Shown: positions 8,265-18,510, counted from the first letter of the stretch. The stretch: DNA of 64,000 bases from an uncultured Faecalicoccus sp. (GCF_944327125.1 NZ_CALVGO010000001.1:2827-66826), one strand, 5' to 3'. Notes: a model not told the origin generated them from the sequence alone. Numbers and translations are program-made.

Positions 8265-10826
8265 ATGGTAAACTTTGAACAGATGTCAGAACGTTTACAA
8301 AAAATATTGATGGAGTCATTTAATCTGGCCAAGTCGTATCAGCATACCAGCGTTGATACGATTGATGTGTTGGAAGCAATATTCAAAGAGGATGTGTTGG
8401 ATGGATTGTATGATCGGCTGCAGATCGATAAAAATAGAGCACTGCAGATCATCGCGGACGAAAACAAGCGAATTGCGCGATCCAACAATGTGAACTTAAA
8501 TTTTTCGTCCGAGGTTCAGCAATCTTTGGATACAGCTGAACAGTGGGCCAGAGAACACGATGAAACATACTTGAGCGTTGCCAGTCTCTGGATTGCGTTG
8601 ATGTTCAATCGTTCGTACATTTCAAAACGTCTGGTCAAAGAATTTCATTTGACGAAGGAAGCCTGTCAACAGGCTGAACTGGAAAGACGAAATGGTAAGA
8701 AATACGATTCGCCAAATGCGGAAGAAAATGTAGAGGCATTAAAAAAATATGGACGAGATCTTGTTCAGGATGTTAAAGATGGAAAGATCGATCCTATTAT
8801 TGGCCGTGATGACGAGATTCGTCGTGTTATGCAGATCTTATCTCGAAAGACCAAAAATAATCCAGTATTGATTGGAGAACCAGGCGTTGGAAAAACGGCA
8901 GTCGTAGAAGGAATCGCATGGCGTATCATGAAAAAAGATGTTCCAGAGTCGTTAAAGGAAAAACGATTGATCGAACTGGATATGGGTTCTTTGATTGCGG
9001 GGGCAAAATATCGAGGTGAATTTGAGGAAAGGCTGAAGTCGATCCTGGAAGAAGTCAAACGATCCAATGGACAAATCATTTTGTTTATTGATGAGATTCA
9101 TAATCTGGTAGGAGCAGGAAAAACAGAAGGCTCCATGGATGCCGCCAACTTGTTGAAACCTATGCTGGCGCGAGGTGAACTGCACTGCATTGGCGCAACG
9201 ACTTTTAATGAATATCGAAAATATATTGAAAAAGATGCTGCTTTGGAAAGACGGTTCCAGCGTGTAAACGTTCAGGAGCCGAGTGTGGAAGATACCATCA
9301 GTATCCTGCGTGGCTTAAAAGATCGTTTTGAGTCTTATCACGGTGTCCGTATCTTGGATGAAAGCTTGATTGCCGCTGCGACTCTTTCGGATCGCTATAT
9401 CACCGATCGTTTTCTTCCGGATAAAGCCATCGACCTTGTGGATGAAGCTTGTGCAACCTTAAAAGTAGAAATGGAAAGCATGCCGCAGGAACTGGATGAA
9501 CTTCAGCGTGAGATCCTGCAGCTTCAAATTGAAAAGACCTCGTTATCAAAAGAAGACGATAAAAAGGCAGTCGAAAGACGAAATGAGATTGAAGAAAAGC
9601 TGGGACGTCTTCAGAGTCAAAGAGACCAGATGCATTCCAAATGGGAGGATGAAAAAGCGGTATTGGCACATGCCAAGGAAGATAAGCAGGCATTGGAAAA
9701 AGCTCGCCTGGATCTGGAGCAGGCACAAAATGATGCCCGTTATGAAGAAGCGGCCCGCCTGCAGTATTCCGTTATTCCACAATTGGAAGCACGTATAAAG
9801 AAACAGCAGGAGCTGGTCAAGGAGGATTCTTTGATCCAGGAAACTGTAGATGAAGAAATGATTGCCAAGATCGTATCCCGCTGGACAGGCGTGGAAGTAA
9901 CACGACTGGTGGAATCAGAACGGGAGAAACTGCTTCATTTGAAAGAACAGCTTCAAAAACGTGTCGTAGGTCAGGATGAAGCCCTGGATCTTGTGACGGA
10001 TGCGATCTTACGAAGTAAAGCCCAGATTCAGGATGAAAACCGTCCTATTGGATCTTTTATGTTCCTAGGCCCAACCGGGGTAGGAAAAACGGAAGTGGCC
10101 AAGGCTCTTGCTGAGCAGCTGTTTGATGATGAACGGCATATCGTACGTATTGATATGTCTGAATATATGGAGAAACACAGTGTGGCCCGTTTGATTGGTG
10201 CGCCTCCTGGATACGTAGGGTACGATGAAGGCGGTCAGCTCACCGAAGCGGTTCGGCGCAATCCATACAGCATCGTTCTCTTTGATGAGATCGAAAAAGC
10301 CCATCCGGATGTCTTCAATGTTCTTTTACAGATCCTGGATGACGGACGAATTACCGATTCCAAAGGGGTTACCGTAGATTTCAAGAATACGATCATCATT
10401 CTTACCAGCAATTTGGGCTCCCAATATGCCTTTGAAAAGGATAACTATGACCGGTATATGGATGAAGTAAAACGTCATTTTAAACCCGAGTTTATCAATC
10501 GTATCGATGAAATTATCGTATTCAACGCTTTAGGGGATGATGCATTTATCAAGATTGCCCATAAATTTATCAATCAACTGGCGCATCGTTTGTTAAAACG
10601 GGATATTCATCTGCATGTCAGTGATCAGGTCTATGCACAGATTGCCAAGATGGGCGTGGATCCTGTTTACGGGGCTCGTCCTATGAAACGATACATTCAG
10701 CGGCAAATTGAAACCAATATTGCCAAAAAGATCATTGAAGCGGGTGTATTCAAAGAATCGGATCTTTATGTCGATTTTGAACAAGGCGAATATACGTTTA
10801 CCGTCGTCGAAAAAGAAACCGATTAA
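8265..10826 (+). CDS. clpB: ATP-dependent chaperone/disaggregase ClpB
   Basis: 853 aa; two AAA+ modules (Walker A GEPGVGKT and GPTGVGKT), a long coiled-coil middle domain between them, and a Clp N-domain. Confidence 0.92.
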   Translation: MVNFEQMSERLQKILMESFNLAKSYQHTSVDTIDVLEAIFKEDVLDGLYDRLQIDKNRALQIIADENKRIARSNNVNLNFSSEVQQSLDTAEQWAREHDETYLSVASLWIALMFNRSYISKRLVKEFHLTKEACQQAELERRNGKKYDSPNAEENVEALKKYGRDLVQDVKDGKIDPIIGRDDEIRRVMQILSRKTKNNPVLIGEPGVGKTAVVEGIAWRIMKKDVPESLKEKRLIELDMGSLIAGAKYRGEFEERLKSILEEVKRSNGQIILFIDEIHNLVGAGKTEGSMDAANLLKPMLARGELHCIGATTFNEYRKYIEKDAALERRFQRVNVQEPSVEDTISILRGLKDRFESYHGVRILDESLIAAATLSDRYITDRFLPDKAIDLVDEACATLKVEMESMPQELDELQREILQLQIEKTSLSKEDDKKAVERRNEIEEKLGRLQSQRDQMHSKWEDEKAVLAHAKEDKQALEKARLDLEQAQNDARYEEAARLQYSVIPQLEARIKKQQELVKEDSLIQETVDEEMIAKIVSRWTGVEVTRLVESEREKLLHLKEQLQKRVVGQDEALDLVTDAILRSKAQIQDENRPIGSFMFLGPTGVGKTEVAKALAEQLFDDERHIVRIDMSEYMEKHSVARLIGAPPGYVGYDEGGQLTEAVRRNPYSIVLFDEIEKAHPDVFNVLLQILDDGRITDSKGVTVDFKNTIIILTSNLGSQYAFEKDNYDRYMDEVKRHFKPEFINRIDEIIVFNALGDDAFIKIAHKFINQLAHRLLKRDIHLHVSDQVYAQIAKMGVDPVYGARPMKRYIQRQIETNIAKKIIEAGVFKESDLYVDFEQGEYTFTVVEKETD

Positions 10827-10861
10827 ACAGTTTGAGAGTCTTCTCTCAACTGTTTTTTTTG
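10827..10861 (+). terminator. Rho-independent terminator after clpB
   Basis: ACAGTTTGAGAG-tctt-CTCTCAACTGT hairpin plus a run of 8 T. Confidence 0.85.
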
Positions 10862-10923
10862 ATATAATATTAATATAAACATTAACATATGTTTTCTTTT
10901 ACTATAAACAAAGGAGGGATATT

Positions 10924-11289
10924 GTGAAAAGAGTAATTCCATTGCTTGGCTTGCTGGCCCTTGCGGGATGTCAGAATTCAGGAATAAAGATCTCGCAAGT
11001 GGATGATTTTTCTATCGATGGTTATGAACTATCTCAACCAGGGATCTATATGATCAATTCCAATGAGGATCCATATATTATTTTTAATGATTTTGGTATG
11101 GATGCAGAAAGTGTAAGCTGTGAACAAAAGGGGAAGGAGATCCTGGTCCGTTTTGAAAAAGAGACACCGAAAGAAGAAACGGTTGTATACCGGCTGGACA
11201 TAGATTCTCCAAAGGATTCCACAATACGCTGTTTAGATGAAAATGGTCAGGAGTATTCTTTTGAAAATGTGATCTTAAAACAAGAATAG
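10924..11289 (+). CDS. small lipoprotein
   Basis: GTG start after AAGGAGGG RBS; signal peptide with lipobox LLALAGC. Confidence 0.65.
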   Translation: MKRVIPLLGLLALAGCQNSGIKISQVDDFSIDGYELSQPGIYMINSNEDPYIIFNDFGMDAESVSCEQKGKEILVRFEKETPKEETVVYRLDIDSPKDSTIRCLDENGQEYSFENVILKQE

Positions 11290-11328
11290 GTCTGATTTGC
11301 GTTATAATATATACAGGAGGATCAACAA

Positions 11329-12048
11329 ATGGAACTGAAGGAAATGATTCAACAATCAAATAATATTGTATTTTTTGGAGGAGCGGGGGTCAGTACAGAA
11401 AGCGGTATCCCGGATTTTCGAAGCGATAATGGACTTTACAAGAAAAAGTATCGATATCCTGCCGAAATTATGGTATCGCATAGTTTCTTTGTTCAAAATC
11501 CTAAGGAATTCTATGAATTTTATTTTAATCAGATGATCTATCCCGATGCAAAGCCCAATAAAGCGCATCAGGCGCTGGCAAAGCTGGAGGCAATGGGAAA
11601 GTGTAAAGCCATCATTACACAGAATATCGATGGACTTCATCAAAAAGCGGGTTCAAAGAATGTGTTTGAGCTTCATGGTTCTGTGGCAAAGAATACTTGT
11701 GTTTCCTGCCGAAGACACTACACTTTGGAGGAAGTGATCAAGGCAAAGGATGATGAAGGAATACCTCGTTGTCCGCATTGTGGAAATATTATAAAACCGG
11801 ATGTGGTTTTATATGAAGAAGCCTTGGATCAGGATGTATTGCATGGAGCCTTACGGGCTATTGCCAATGCGGATCTTCTTATCGTTGGAGGAACCAGTCT
11901 GGTGGTTTATCCAGCCGCTGGTCTGATCGATTATTTCCATGGCAAGTACTTGGTGGTGATCAATAAGGCAGCCACAGACCGTGATGGTATGGCCAATCTG
12001 GTGATCCATGATTCGATTGGAAAAGTTTTAGAAGAGGCAATCCGCTAA
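11329..12048 (+). CDS. NAD-dependent protein deacylase, Sir2 family
   Basis: GAGVSTESGIPDFRS, TQNIDGLH and the zinc ribbon CxxC...CxxC (CVSC, CPHC). Confidence 0.9.
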   Translation: MELKEMIQQSNNIVFFGGAGVSTESGIPDFRSDNGLYKKKYRYPAEIMVSHSFFVQNPKEFYEFYFNQMIYPDAKPNKAHQALAKLEAMGKCKAIITQNIDGLHQKAGSKNVFELHGSVAKNTCVSCRRHYTLEEVIKAKDDEGIPRCPHCGNIIKPDVVLYEEALDQDVLHGALRAIANADLLIVGGTSLVVYPAAGLIDYFHGKYLVVINKAATDRDGMANLVIHDSIGKVLEEAIR

Positions 12049-12232
12049 AAGAAATCAACACATTTAAAAATATTTCTATAATCCCCACTTTTTACTTAAA
12101 AATAAACAAAATTTACACTGTTTTTACAGAAAACCAGTGTGATGGAGTAGTCCTTTTTGAGCTAATATTTCGAATTTGACTATCGGTAATATATAATAAA
12201 TTTAATAAAAAGAAGTGTTAAGAGGATACGTT

Positions 12233-12445
12233 ATGAAGTTAAAGAGGATTAGAGATCTAAGAGAAGATAACGATCTGACGCAAGCCGAAATCGCTAAGTA
12301 TCTTAATGTAACCCAAAGAACTTATTCCAGGTATGAAAATGATGACCGGGCGATTCCCCTTGAACAATTGATTAAACTGGCAGATTACTATAATACCAGC
12401 GTTGACTATCTTTTAGATCGTACAGACAAAAAGGAACCGTATTAA
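12233..12445 (+). CDS. XRE-family helix-turn-helix transcriptional regulator (70 aa)
   Basis: LTQAEIAKYLNVTQRTYSRYEN HTH motif. The ATG at 12233 follows an AAGAGGA RBS; the tracked start at 12215 is GTG and overlaps that RBS. Confidence 0.75.
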   Translation: MKLKRIRDLREDNDLTQAEIAKYLNVTQRTYSRYENDDRAIPLEQLIKLADYYNTSVDYLLDRTDKKEPY

Positions 12446-12472
12446 AAAGTACAAGCCGAAACTTGTACTTTT
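12446..12472. terminator. bidirectional Rho-independent terminator between convergent genes
   Basis: AAAAGTACAAG-ccgaa-CTTGTACTTTT, with an A run on one side and a T run on the other. Confidence 0.8.
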
Positions 12473-12478
12473 ACGGTG

Positions 12479-13261
12479 TTAAATTTTGTTGAACCATCCT
12501 TTTTTCTCACAGATATTATAGATTCCATTATCTACATTTGCATCCGTTACTATGGATGCTTTTTCTTTGAGTGCATCACAGGCATTTCCCATGGCTATAC
12601 TGGTCCATCGGGGATCAAACATGACGATATCGTTGGTGTCATCTCCAAAAACGACAACATCCTCGATTTTTCCGTGAAGCCTTTCCATCATATCAAGGAT
12701 TCCCTGATGTTTGGCATCGTATTGAAAGATGAGATATTCTGGTTCGAATCGGATATGACCAATCGTGTTCAAAAGTTTCAAATCCTTTTCTTGTTCAGGT
12801 AAAACAGAGAGGTAGAGTTTATAGATAATATCCAACTTATCGTAGTCCATCTTTGGATCGATATAATACCGGGTGGGTTCTTTGCGTTCACCGACTTGTT
12901 GACGAAACAAATCGTTTTTGGCATACACATCGATGGAATCATTTAACTGCAGGAGAACGCCGATTCCATGTTCATCAGCTTCCTTGATCAGTGCTTTTGC
13001 CTTTTCAAGGTCTAAAGGCAGGTTTCGTACCAGTTTGTCATTGATGACAAGGCCTCCGCCTCCGCAGCATACCATATTGTGAAGACCCACTTCTTTCATA
13101 AAATGGATCGATTTATAATGGGCTCTTCCTGTTGCGATTGCGACAAAATGTCCTGCTTCCTGCAGCTTGTCCAAAGCCAGTTGGGCACTGGGAACAATTT
13201 TATTGGTTTTGCGATCTGTCAATGTGCCGTCTATATCAAAGAAAAAATATTTTTTGGTCAT
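12479..13261 (-). CDS. Cof-type HAD-IIB family hydrolase
   Basis: FFFDIDGTL motif I and GDDTNDIVMF motif IV. The start at 13261 follows AAGGAG with 7-nt spacing. Confidence 0.85.
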   Translation of the reverse strand: MTKKYFFFDIDGTLTDRKTNKIVPSAQLALDKLQEAGHFVAIATGRAHYKSIHFMKEVGLHNMVCCGGGGLVINDKLVRNLPLDLEKAKALIKEADEHGIGVLLQLNDSIDVYAKNDLFRQQVGERKEPTRYYIDPKMDYDKLDIIYKLYLSVLPEQEKDLKLLNTIGHIRFEPEYLIFQYDAKHQGILDMMERLHGKIEDVVVFGDDTNDIVMFDPRWTSIAMGNACDALKEKASIVTDANVDNGIYNICEKKGWFNKI

Positions 13262-13346
13262 AAAACTTCTCCTTTTCGCTAGAATAATATCACGAAATTG
13301 CATCTATGTTAGATTCTTTTACAAAGAAAAAAGAGACCGAAGTCTC

Positions 13347-14624
13347 TTAGATTTCATGGATATAAATATTATTTACACGATCCGGTCCTACAGAAACCAT
13401 AGAAATGCGGACACCTGTAAATTCTTCAATGAATTGGAGGTATTTTTTACAGTTTTCCGGAAGCTGATCATAAGTTTCCATTTTGGAAATATCTTCTTTC
13501 CATCCGTCAAATTCTTTGTATACCGGCTTTGCCTTGGCAACCATAGATTGATCGCTAGGAATGTAGTTATAAACTTTTCCATCAATTTCATATCCTGTAC
13601 AGACATACAGTTTTTCCAAACCTGTCAATACATCGATCTTAGTGATTACGATATCTGTCAGTCCATTCATCATTACCGCATGTTTAACGACCAGCAGATC
13701 CAGCCACCCGCATCGTCTAGGACGTCCTGTGGTTGCCCCATATTCAAATCCTTTTTCGCGGATCCAGGATCCCTGTTCGTTGTTGAGTTCTGTTACAAAC
13801 GGTCCTTCACCAACGCGGGTAGAATATGCCTTAACGACACCGACGACTGTCTGTATACGGCTTGGGGCCACGCAAGCTCCAACGGTAACACCGGCACTGG
13901 TTGGGGAAGAGCTGGTAACATAAGGATACGTTCCATAATTGATATCTAACATGGCTGCCTGAGCCCCTTCAAACAGAACGATTTTATCTTCGTCCAGCGC
14001 TTCATTTACGATATGCGTGGTTTCTTTGATCATAGGAACGATCTTATCGTAGATTTTTTCAAAGTCGCTGACCATCTTATCAAAATCCATTGCCTGACCA
14101 TCATAGACCTTAGTGAACAGTTTATTTTTGAAATCCAGGCATTCTTTTAAACGGACTTTAAAGCTTTCAAAATCAATGAATTCATGGTAACGAATTCCTC
14201 TTCGTGCGTATTTGTCCGCATAACAAGGTCCGATACCTTTTTTTGTTGTACCAATTTTGTGGCTGGCACTTTGTTCTTCCAGTTCATCCTGGTAGCAGTG
14301 ATATGGCATAAGCATCTGAGCTCGGTCACTGATAATAATGTGATCACAAGTCAGTCCGCCTTTTTCTAAGGTTTCCATTTCTTTTAAAAGTATAAAAGGG
14401 TTACATACAACACCTGGACCAATGACACAAAGTGCATTTGGATTGAGCACTCCGCTTGGCAGAAGATGCAGTACATGTTTCTTTCCCTGTACGATAACCG
14501 TATGACCCGCATTGTCTCCACCCTGGAAACGAACGATCATATCCGCTTTCTGGGCGAGCACATCAACGATTTTTCCTTTTCCCTCATCGCCCCACTGAGT
14601 TCCAACGATAACTTGGCTTGGCAT
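13347..14624 (-). CDS. purA: adenylosuccinate synthase
   Basis: VIVGTQWGDEGKGK P-loop, GGDNAGHT and GTTKKGIGPCYADK motifs. The start at 14624 follows GGAGG with 8-nt spacing. Confidence 0.93.
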   Translation of the reverse strand: MPSQVIVGTQWGDEGKGKIVDVLAQKADMIVRFQGGDNAGHTVIVQGKKHVLHLLPSGVLNPNALCVIGPGVVCNPFILLKEMETLEKGGLTCDHIIISDRAQMLMPYHCYQDELEEQSASHKIGTTKKGIGPCYADKYARRGIRYHEFIDFESFKVRLKECLDFKNKLFTKVYDGQAMDFDKMVSDFEKIYDKIVPMIKETTHIVNEALDEDKIVLFEGAQAAMLDINYGTYPYVTSSSPTSAGVTVGACVAPSRIQTVVGVVKAYSTRVGEGPFVTELNNEQGSWIREKGFEYGATTGRPRRCGWLDLLVVKHAVMMNGLTDIVITKIDVLTGLEKLYVCTGYEIDGKVYNYIPSDQSMVAKAKPVYKEFDGWKEDISKMETYDQLPENCKKYLQFIEEFTGVRISMVSVGPDRVNNIYIHEI

Positions 14625-14833
14625 AATAAAAGCCTCCTTAAACAATACAGAAAAATTATATCAGAATTGATACATTAGGGCAATTTGATATTCAATAGGA
14701 TACCGGCTCAAATCGATTTAATTTTGATTTTTGAAAAAGAGGAAAAGTGAAAAAAGTGCATAAAATAGGGAAAATTTTAACATTTAGACAGAAAAGTATA
14801 GTATAATAATAAAAACGGAAAGGATGAACGCAA

Positions 14834-15199
14834 ATGAAAGAAAGACTATCGAAAAGAGAATCGGACATTATGGAAACTCTATGGAATTCTAATGAACCTC
14901 TCTCGGCGAATGATATTTTAACTCTTATCCCAGATATAACGATGAATACGATTCAGCCAAATTTAAAGAAGCTGATGAAAAAAGGATTTATTAAGGTAAC
15001 GGGTGTAGGCTATACAAAAAATTCGATTACCCGACAATTTTCGCCAATCATTTCACAAGCTACATATCTCTCGGCTTATTTGAATGATGAAGCATTGAAA
15101 GACTTTGCTCTTCGTTTTATTGAGCAGTCTTCCGATGATAAAGAATTAAAAGAATTACGTGACTTGATCGATAAAAGAAGAAAAGAGTTAAAAAAGTAA
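14834..15199 (+). CDS. BlaI/MecI/CopY-family winged-helix repressor
   Basis: 121 aa; LSKRESDIMETLWNSNEPLSANDI N-terminus is typical of the penicillinase-repressor family. Confidence 0.75.
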   Translation: MKERLSKRESDIMETLWNSNEPLSANDILTLIPDITMNTIQPNLKKLMKKGFIKVTGVGYTKNSITRQFSPIISQATYLSAYLNDEALKDFALRFIEQSSDDKELKELRDLIDKRRKELKK

Positions 15200-15202
15200 A
15201 AA

Positions 15203-15242
15203 GAAAAACCTGAGTTACAGATGAAACTCAGGTTCTTTTTTT
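15203..15242. terminator. bidirectional terminator shared by the two convergent BlaI-like genes
   Basis: GAAAAACCTGAGTT-acagatga-AACTCAGGTTCTTTTT. Confidence 0.8.
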
Positions 15243-15257
15243 GGGGAAGACAAGGGC

Positions 15258-15626
15258 TTACTTTTCGAGCTCTTTTTTCTTCCGGTCGATTAGTTTTTTT
15301 AATTCATTGAGTTCGTTAAGATTGGTGTTGGAATTGATCAGATACGCTGTGACCTCAAACCGACTTTTATCTCCCAGTAAAAATTGAATATAATCTGCCT
15401 GAGATACAGTAGGAGCATATAAGCGAGTTAAAGAAGTGCTGGAATATCCAATGTCTGCCACTTTGATATATTTCATGTTCAAAAGAACTCTTAGAACTTG
15501 TTGAACTGTATTCATATTGAGATTTTCATCTGCTTGATGGATTTGGCTCGCCGATAATGGTTCTTTTGAATTCCATAATATAGACATCACTTGATTTTGA
15601 CGTTTTGTCAACAGTTTAAGTTTCAT
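15258..15626 (-). CDS. BlaI/MecI/CopY-family repressor (paralogue)
   Basis: 122 aa; LTKRQNQVMSILWNSKEPLSASQI aligns with the neighbouring gene; shared C-terminal LIDRKKKELEK. Confidence 0.75.
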   Translation of the reverse strand: MKLKLLTKRQNQVMSILWNSKEPLSASQIHQADENLNMNTVQQVLRVLLNMKYIKVADIGYSSTSLTRLYAPTVSQADYIQFLLGDKSRFEVTAYLINSNTNLNELNELKKLIDRKKKELEK

Positions 15627-16041
15627 CGTTTTACCTCACTCACTTTTGACTATATTATATTCATGAAATCTTTTATTTACAAACAAAATGTAATTAGTGT
15701 AAGAAAAAATTCTAATCAAAAAAAACACCAAATCACCATATTAAAGGGATTTGGCACTTTAGGATCGTTATCCTGTGATCCATTTAATCACTACTTCTTT
15801 AGATTCCTTGATGAGAGGATTTCCTAATAGATCGGATGGACGACGACATGGAATTGTTCACAAAAAGCAAAATCTTTTGTTTTATCCATGAAAAACAGAT
15901 CTTCATCGCTTTGTACTTCTTCAATGCCGAGAATTTTTGTTTCTACATTTTTAAATTAAATAAATGACAGTTCTAAAACCGTCAATATGATGCTTTTAGG
16001 TTATAAATTTATAATCACAGTCAACGATCGTAATTAAATAC

Positions 16042-16084
16042 AAAAAAGTGTCAAATCTGCTTTATATAAAGGAGATCTGACACT
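16042..16084 (-). terminator. Rho-independent terminator downstream of tRNA-Trp
   Basis: On the minus strand, AGTGTCAGATCT-loop-AGATTTGACACT hairpin followed by TTTTTT. Confidence 0.7.
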
Positions 16085-16096
16085 ATATTTTCTTAA

Positions 16097-16170
16097 TGGC
16101 AGGGGTAGCAGGAGTTGAACCCACATCAACGGTTTTGGAGACCGCTGTTCTACCATTGAACTATACCCCT
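16097..16170 (-). tRNA. tRNA-Trp (anticodon CCA)
   Basis: The reverse complement AGGGGTATAGTTCAATGGTAGAACAGCGGTCTCCAAAACCGT...TACCCCTGCCA folds as a cloverleaf with anticodon loop CTCCAAA and an encoded 3-prime CCA. Confidence 0.9.
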
Positions 16171-16311
16171 AAGCGCTTGTATATTCTAGCATAATTGCGA
16201 ATAGGATTCAACTGTAATTTTGCCTCTTATACAACATACAGATATTTTATACAAGCTTGATAGAAGTATGGAGTAAAATCTTATATACTATAACTAAGGA
16301 GGTCATTTTAC

Positions 16312-17013
16312 ATGAAATATACGATTTTAGGAGATTCTGATTGTCCTATTGTTCAGGCAACCTTGGAAAAAGGAGAAACAATTAAAATAGAGAGAGGTTC
16401 TATGGTTTATCTGTCGAATGTTTCTATTGAAGGGAAAATGAACAGTCAAAAAAAGGGAATAGGCGGAGTGCTTGGAGCCATTGGTCGAAGTATGACCAGC
16501 GGTGAAAGTATGTTTATCACCTTTGCGACAGGACAAACAAATCAAAGCGTTTTGGGGATTGCTCCACCGATTCCAGGAAAGATCCATTGTCTGCATGTGG
16601 ATCCATATCAACAATATCGATTGAATACAGGAGCGTTTCTTGCCTGTGATGAAACAGTGGATTACGTAATGAAAAAACAGGATATAGGAAAAGCTTTATT
16701 TGGTGGAACTGGTGGTTTGTTTGTGATGGAAACACAAGGGCAAGGAGATATCCTTGTGTCTGCTTTTGGAGATTTGATGAAGATTGAAGTCACACCGGAT
16801 CATCCAATCACAATTGATAATGAACACGTTGTTGCCTGGGACAGTTCACTTGAATATAATATCAAAGTCGCTTCAGGAACATTTGGATTTACAACCGGGG
16901 AAGGACTGGTCAATGAATTTTATGGTTCAGGAACCGTTTTGATTCAGACACGAAATGTTCACAACCTGGCGGATGCAGTTCGCCCGTTCTTGCCAACTTC
17001 TTCCAGCAACTAA
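16312..17013 (+). CDS. AIM24/TIGR00266-family protein (DUF124-like)
   Basis: 233 aa. The pattern MKYTILGDSDCPIVQATLEKGETIKIERGSMVY ... GLFVMETQGQGDILVSAFG is typical of this beta-rich family. Strong AAGGAGG RBS. Confidence 0.6.
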   Translation: MKYTILGDSDCPIVQATLEKGETIKIERGSMVYLSNVSIEGKMNSQKKGIGGVLGAIGRSMTSGESMFITFATGQTNQSVLGIAPPIPGKIHCLHVDPYQQYRLNTGAFLACDETVDYVMKKQDIGKALFGGTGGLFVMETQGQGDILVSAFGDLMKIEVTPDHPITIDNEHVVAWDSSLEYNIKVASGTFGFTTGEGLVNEFYGSGTVLIQTRNVHNLADAVRPFLPTSSSN

Positions 17014-17022
17014 ATGAAAACT

Positions 17023-17051
17023 GAACCTCATATTTTTGAGGTTCTTTTTTT
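17023..17051 (+). terminator. Rho-independent terminator
   Basis: GAACCTCA-tattt-TGAGGTTC hairpin plus a run of 7 T. Confidence 0.8.
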
Positions 17052-17108
17052 ATGCTCTTAAATCAAGATTTTTTGTTCAAAAAAAGTTTCAAAATTTAAA
17101 TATACGAG

Positions 17109-17137
17109 TTGACACATCATACTATGCAATATATAGT
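17109..17137 (+). promoter_or_regulatory. sigma-A-type promoter of the padR operon
   Basis: TTGACA, 17-nt spacer, TATAGT. The spacer and -10 contain the small inverted repeat ACTAT-N7-ATAGT, a possible operator. Confidence 0.6.
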
Positions 17138-17159
17138 AATATGTGTAAGGAGGTATAAA

Positions 17160-17477
17160 ATGGATGCGCAGTTAAAAAAGGGTTTTTTAGAATTTTGTGT
17201 TTTAGCTTCCTTAAAGAATAAAGACTCTTATGGCTACCAAATTGTTAAGGATGTTTCGCAATACATCGAAATATCTGAATCTACGCTATATCCCATATTA
17301 AGACGCCTGGAAGCCAGCCAAAGTGTCGTGACTTATACCGAAGAACATAAAAACCGATTAAGAAAGTATTATCGAATCACCCCAAAAGGGAAAGAATCGA
17401 TTCAATTATTTTTAGATGAATGGAAAGAAATTCAATCCATCTATGAATATATCAAAGGAGAAATGGATCATGAATAA
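17160..17477 (+). CDS. PadR-family transcriptional regulator
   Basis: LKKGFLEFCVLASLKNKDSYGYQIVKDV ... STLYPILRRLE motif. The ATG at 17160 follows an AAGGAGG RBS. Confidence 0.85.
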   Translation: MDAQLKKGFLEFCVLASLKNKDSYGYQIVKDVSQYIEISESTLYPILRRLEASQSVVTYTEEHKNRLRKYYRITPKGKESIQLFLDEWKEIQSIYEYIKGEMDHE

Positions 17478-18090
17478 AGAGGAATTTTTAAGGACTCTGG
17501 AAAGACTTTTAAAAAGCCTTCCTAAACAAGAGAGTCAGAAGATGTTGGATTATTATGCGGAAATGATCGAAGACCGTATGGAAGAAGGAATGAGTGAAGA
17601 AAGTGCTGTAGAAGATCTGGGCGATGTGGGAGTGATTGCCAGTCAAATCTTGAGCACGCAACCCGTTAAAGAGAAAAAGTTATCCAATCCTGCAAAAGTA
17701 CTGATTGTCTCCTTGTTGATCTTAGGAAGTCCTTTATGGGCTTGTATCGCATTAGCCTTATTGGCACTGATTCTGACCGGGCTCTTGTTGATCTTGACTG
17801 GATACATTCTGATTTGGCTGATCCCTGTCTTGGCGTGCGTATTCATGGTTGCCGGATTGATTGTGTGCTGTGTAAGTATTCTGGGTTCACCATTTGTGAT
17901 GGCATCCAGTTTTACGACAGGACTCTTACAACTGGGTGTAGGTTTTATCGCCGCCGGTCTTTCTATTCTGGCTGGATTGTTCATGGTTGTGGTATCGCGT
18001 TTCTTTGTGCGGATGACCGTTGGCTTTAGTCATTGGCTGAAAGTGCATGTATTCTGTAGGATGAAGGAGGTCCACCTATGGCAAAGTTAA
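17470..18090 (+). CDS. DUF1700-like membrane protein (PadR-operon partner)
   Basis: N-terminal MNKEEFLRTLERLLKSLPKQESQKMLDYYAEMIEDR followed by about 4 TM helices. The start overlaps the padR stop (ATGA-type coupling). Confidence 0.7.
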   Translation: MNKEEFLRTLERLLKSLPKQESQKMLDYYAEMIEDRMEEGMSEESAVEDLGDVGVIASQILSTQPVKEKKLSNPAKVLIVSLLILGSPLWACIALALLALILTGLLLILTGYILIWLIPVLACVFMVAGLIVCCVSILGSPFVMASSFTTGLLQLGVGFIAAGLSILAGLFMVVVSRFFVRMTVGFSHWLKVHVFCRMKEVHLWQS

Positions 18091-18275
18091 AACTATTATT
18101 GATCACGGCTTTGGGTTGTATTGTTTTAGGCTTGACTTGTTGCGGGTATGCATATTTTTCAGGTCAGGACCTGCACTATGAAAGTGGACAATGGTATCAA
18201 AGTGTACATGTAAATGAATCGAATGAGTTAAATCTAAGTATTCACTGGAACAATTTATCAATTGTTCTAAAATAG
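18078..18275 (+). CDS. small membrane-anchored protein, possibly the truncated third gene of the PadR operon
   Basis: 65 aa with an N-terminal TM helix; GGAGG RBS; start overlaps the previous stop. Function not supported. Confidence 0.35.
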   Translation: MAKLKLLLITALGCIVLGLTCCGYAYFSGQDLHYESGQWYQSVHVNESNELNLSIHWNNLSIVLK

Positions 18276-18320
18276 ACTTGCACTCTTTGTGATTTTTCAT
18301 TACAATGCAATGGTAGAGTT

Positions 18321-18478
18321 CGGATGACGAATGTTAGAGAGAGTCTTTGGACCACCGAAGAATTTATTATTTCAGGTAAAAGGATAGCATTCTGACGAGC
18401 CTCTGGAGAGTTCCTTAAATGGACGCCGAAGGAGCAAGCCCTTAGGGGTGAAACTCTCAGGCAAAAGGACAGAGGATT
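18321..18478 (+). promoter_or_regulatory. tandem glycine riboswitch (two aptamers)
   Basis: Aptamer 2 cores: CTCTGGAGAG (18401-18410), GCCGAAGGAGCAA (18425-18437), CTCAGGCAAAAGGACAGAGG (18456-18475). Aptamer 1, more degenerate: AGAGAGAG, CACCGAAG, TTCAGGTAAAAGGATAG. Confidence 0.85.
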
Positions 18479-18510
18479 AGATAGTTTTACTATATTCTAA
18501 TTCCTCTTTT
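18471..18510 (+). terminator. riboswitch expression-platform hairpin (putative terminator)
   Basis: AGAGGATTAGA...TCTAATTCCTCT hairpin plus TTTT. Its 5-prime arm overlaps the 3-prime strand of aptamer-2 P1 (CAGAGG). Confidence 0.5.

Noticed and set aside
12233-12445. Lone XRE regulator as a toxin-antitoxin or prophage remnant
   Set aside because: There is no adjacent small partner ORF and there are no phage genes. The gene is flanked by its own long upstream region and a bidirectional terminator.
13167-13949. 260-aa plus-strand ORF
   Set aside because: It is entirely antisense to the well-supported purA and HAD genes. Its composition is low-complexity and Cys/Phe/Ile-rich, with no RBS. It is a typical shadow ORF of an AT-rich genome.
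15768-15946. Possible decayed gene remnant on the minus strand in the ~470-bp gap between the BlaI-like gene and tRNA-Trp. One frame reads VETKILGIEEVQSDEDLFFMDKTKDFAFCEQFHVVVHPIY*. A shifted frame continues PSDLLGNPLIKESKEVVIKWITG*.
   Set aside because: The translation looks protein-like across an apparent frameshift. However, the pieces are shorter than 45 codons, have no start or RBS, and I cannot assign a family without a database search. This is not enough support to call a pseudogene.
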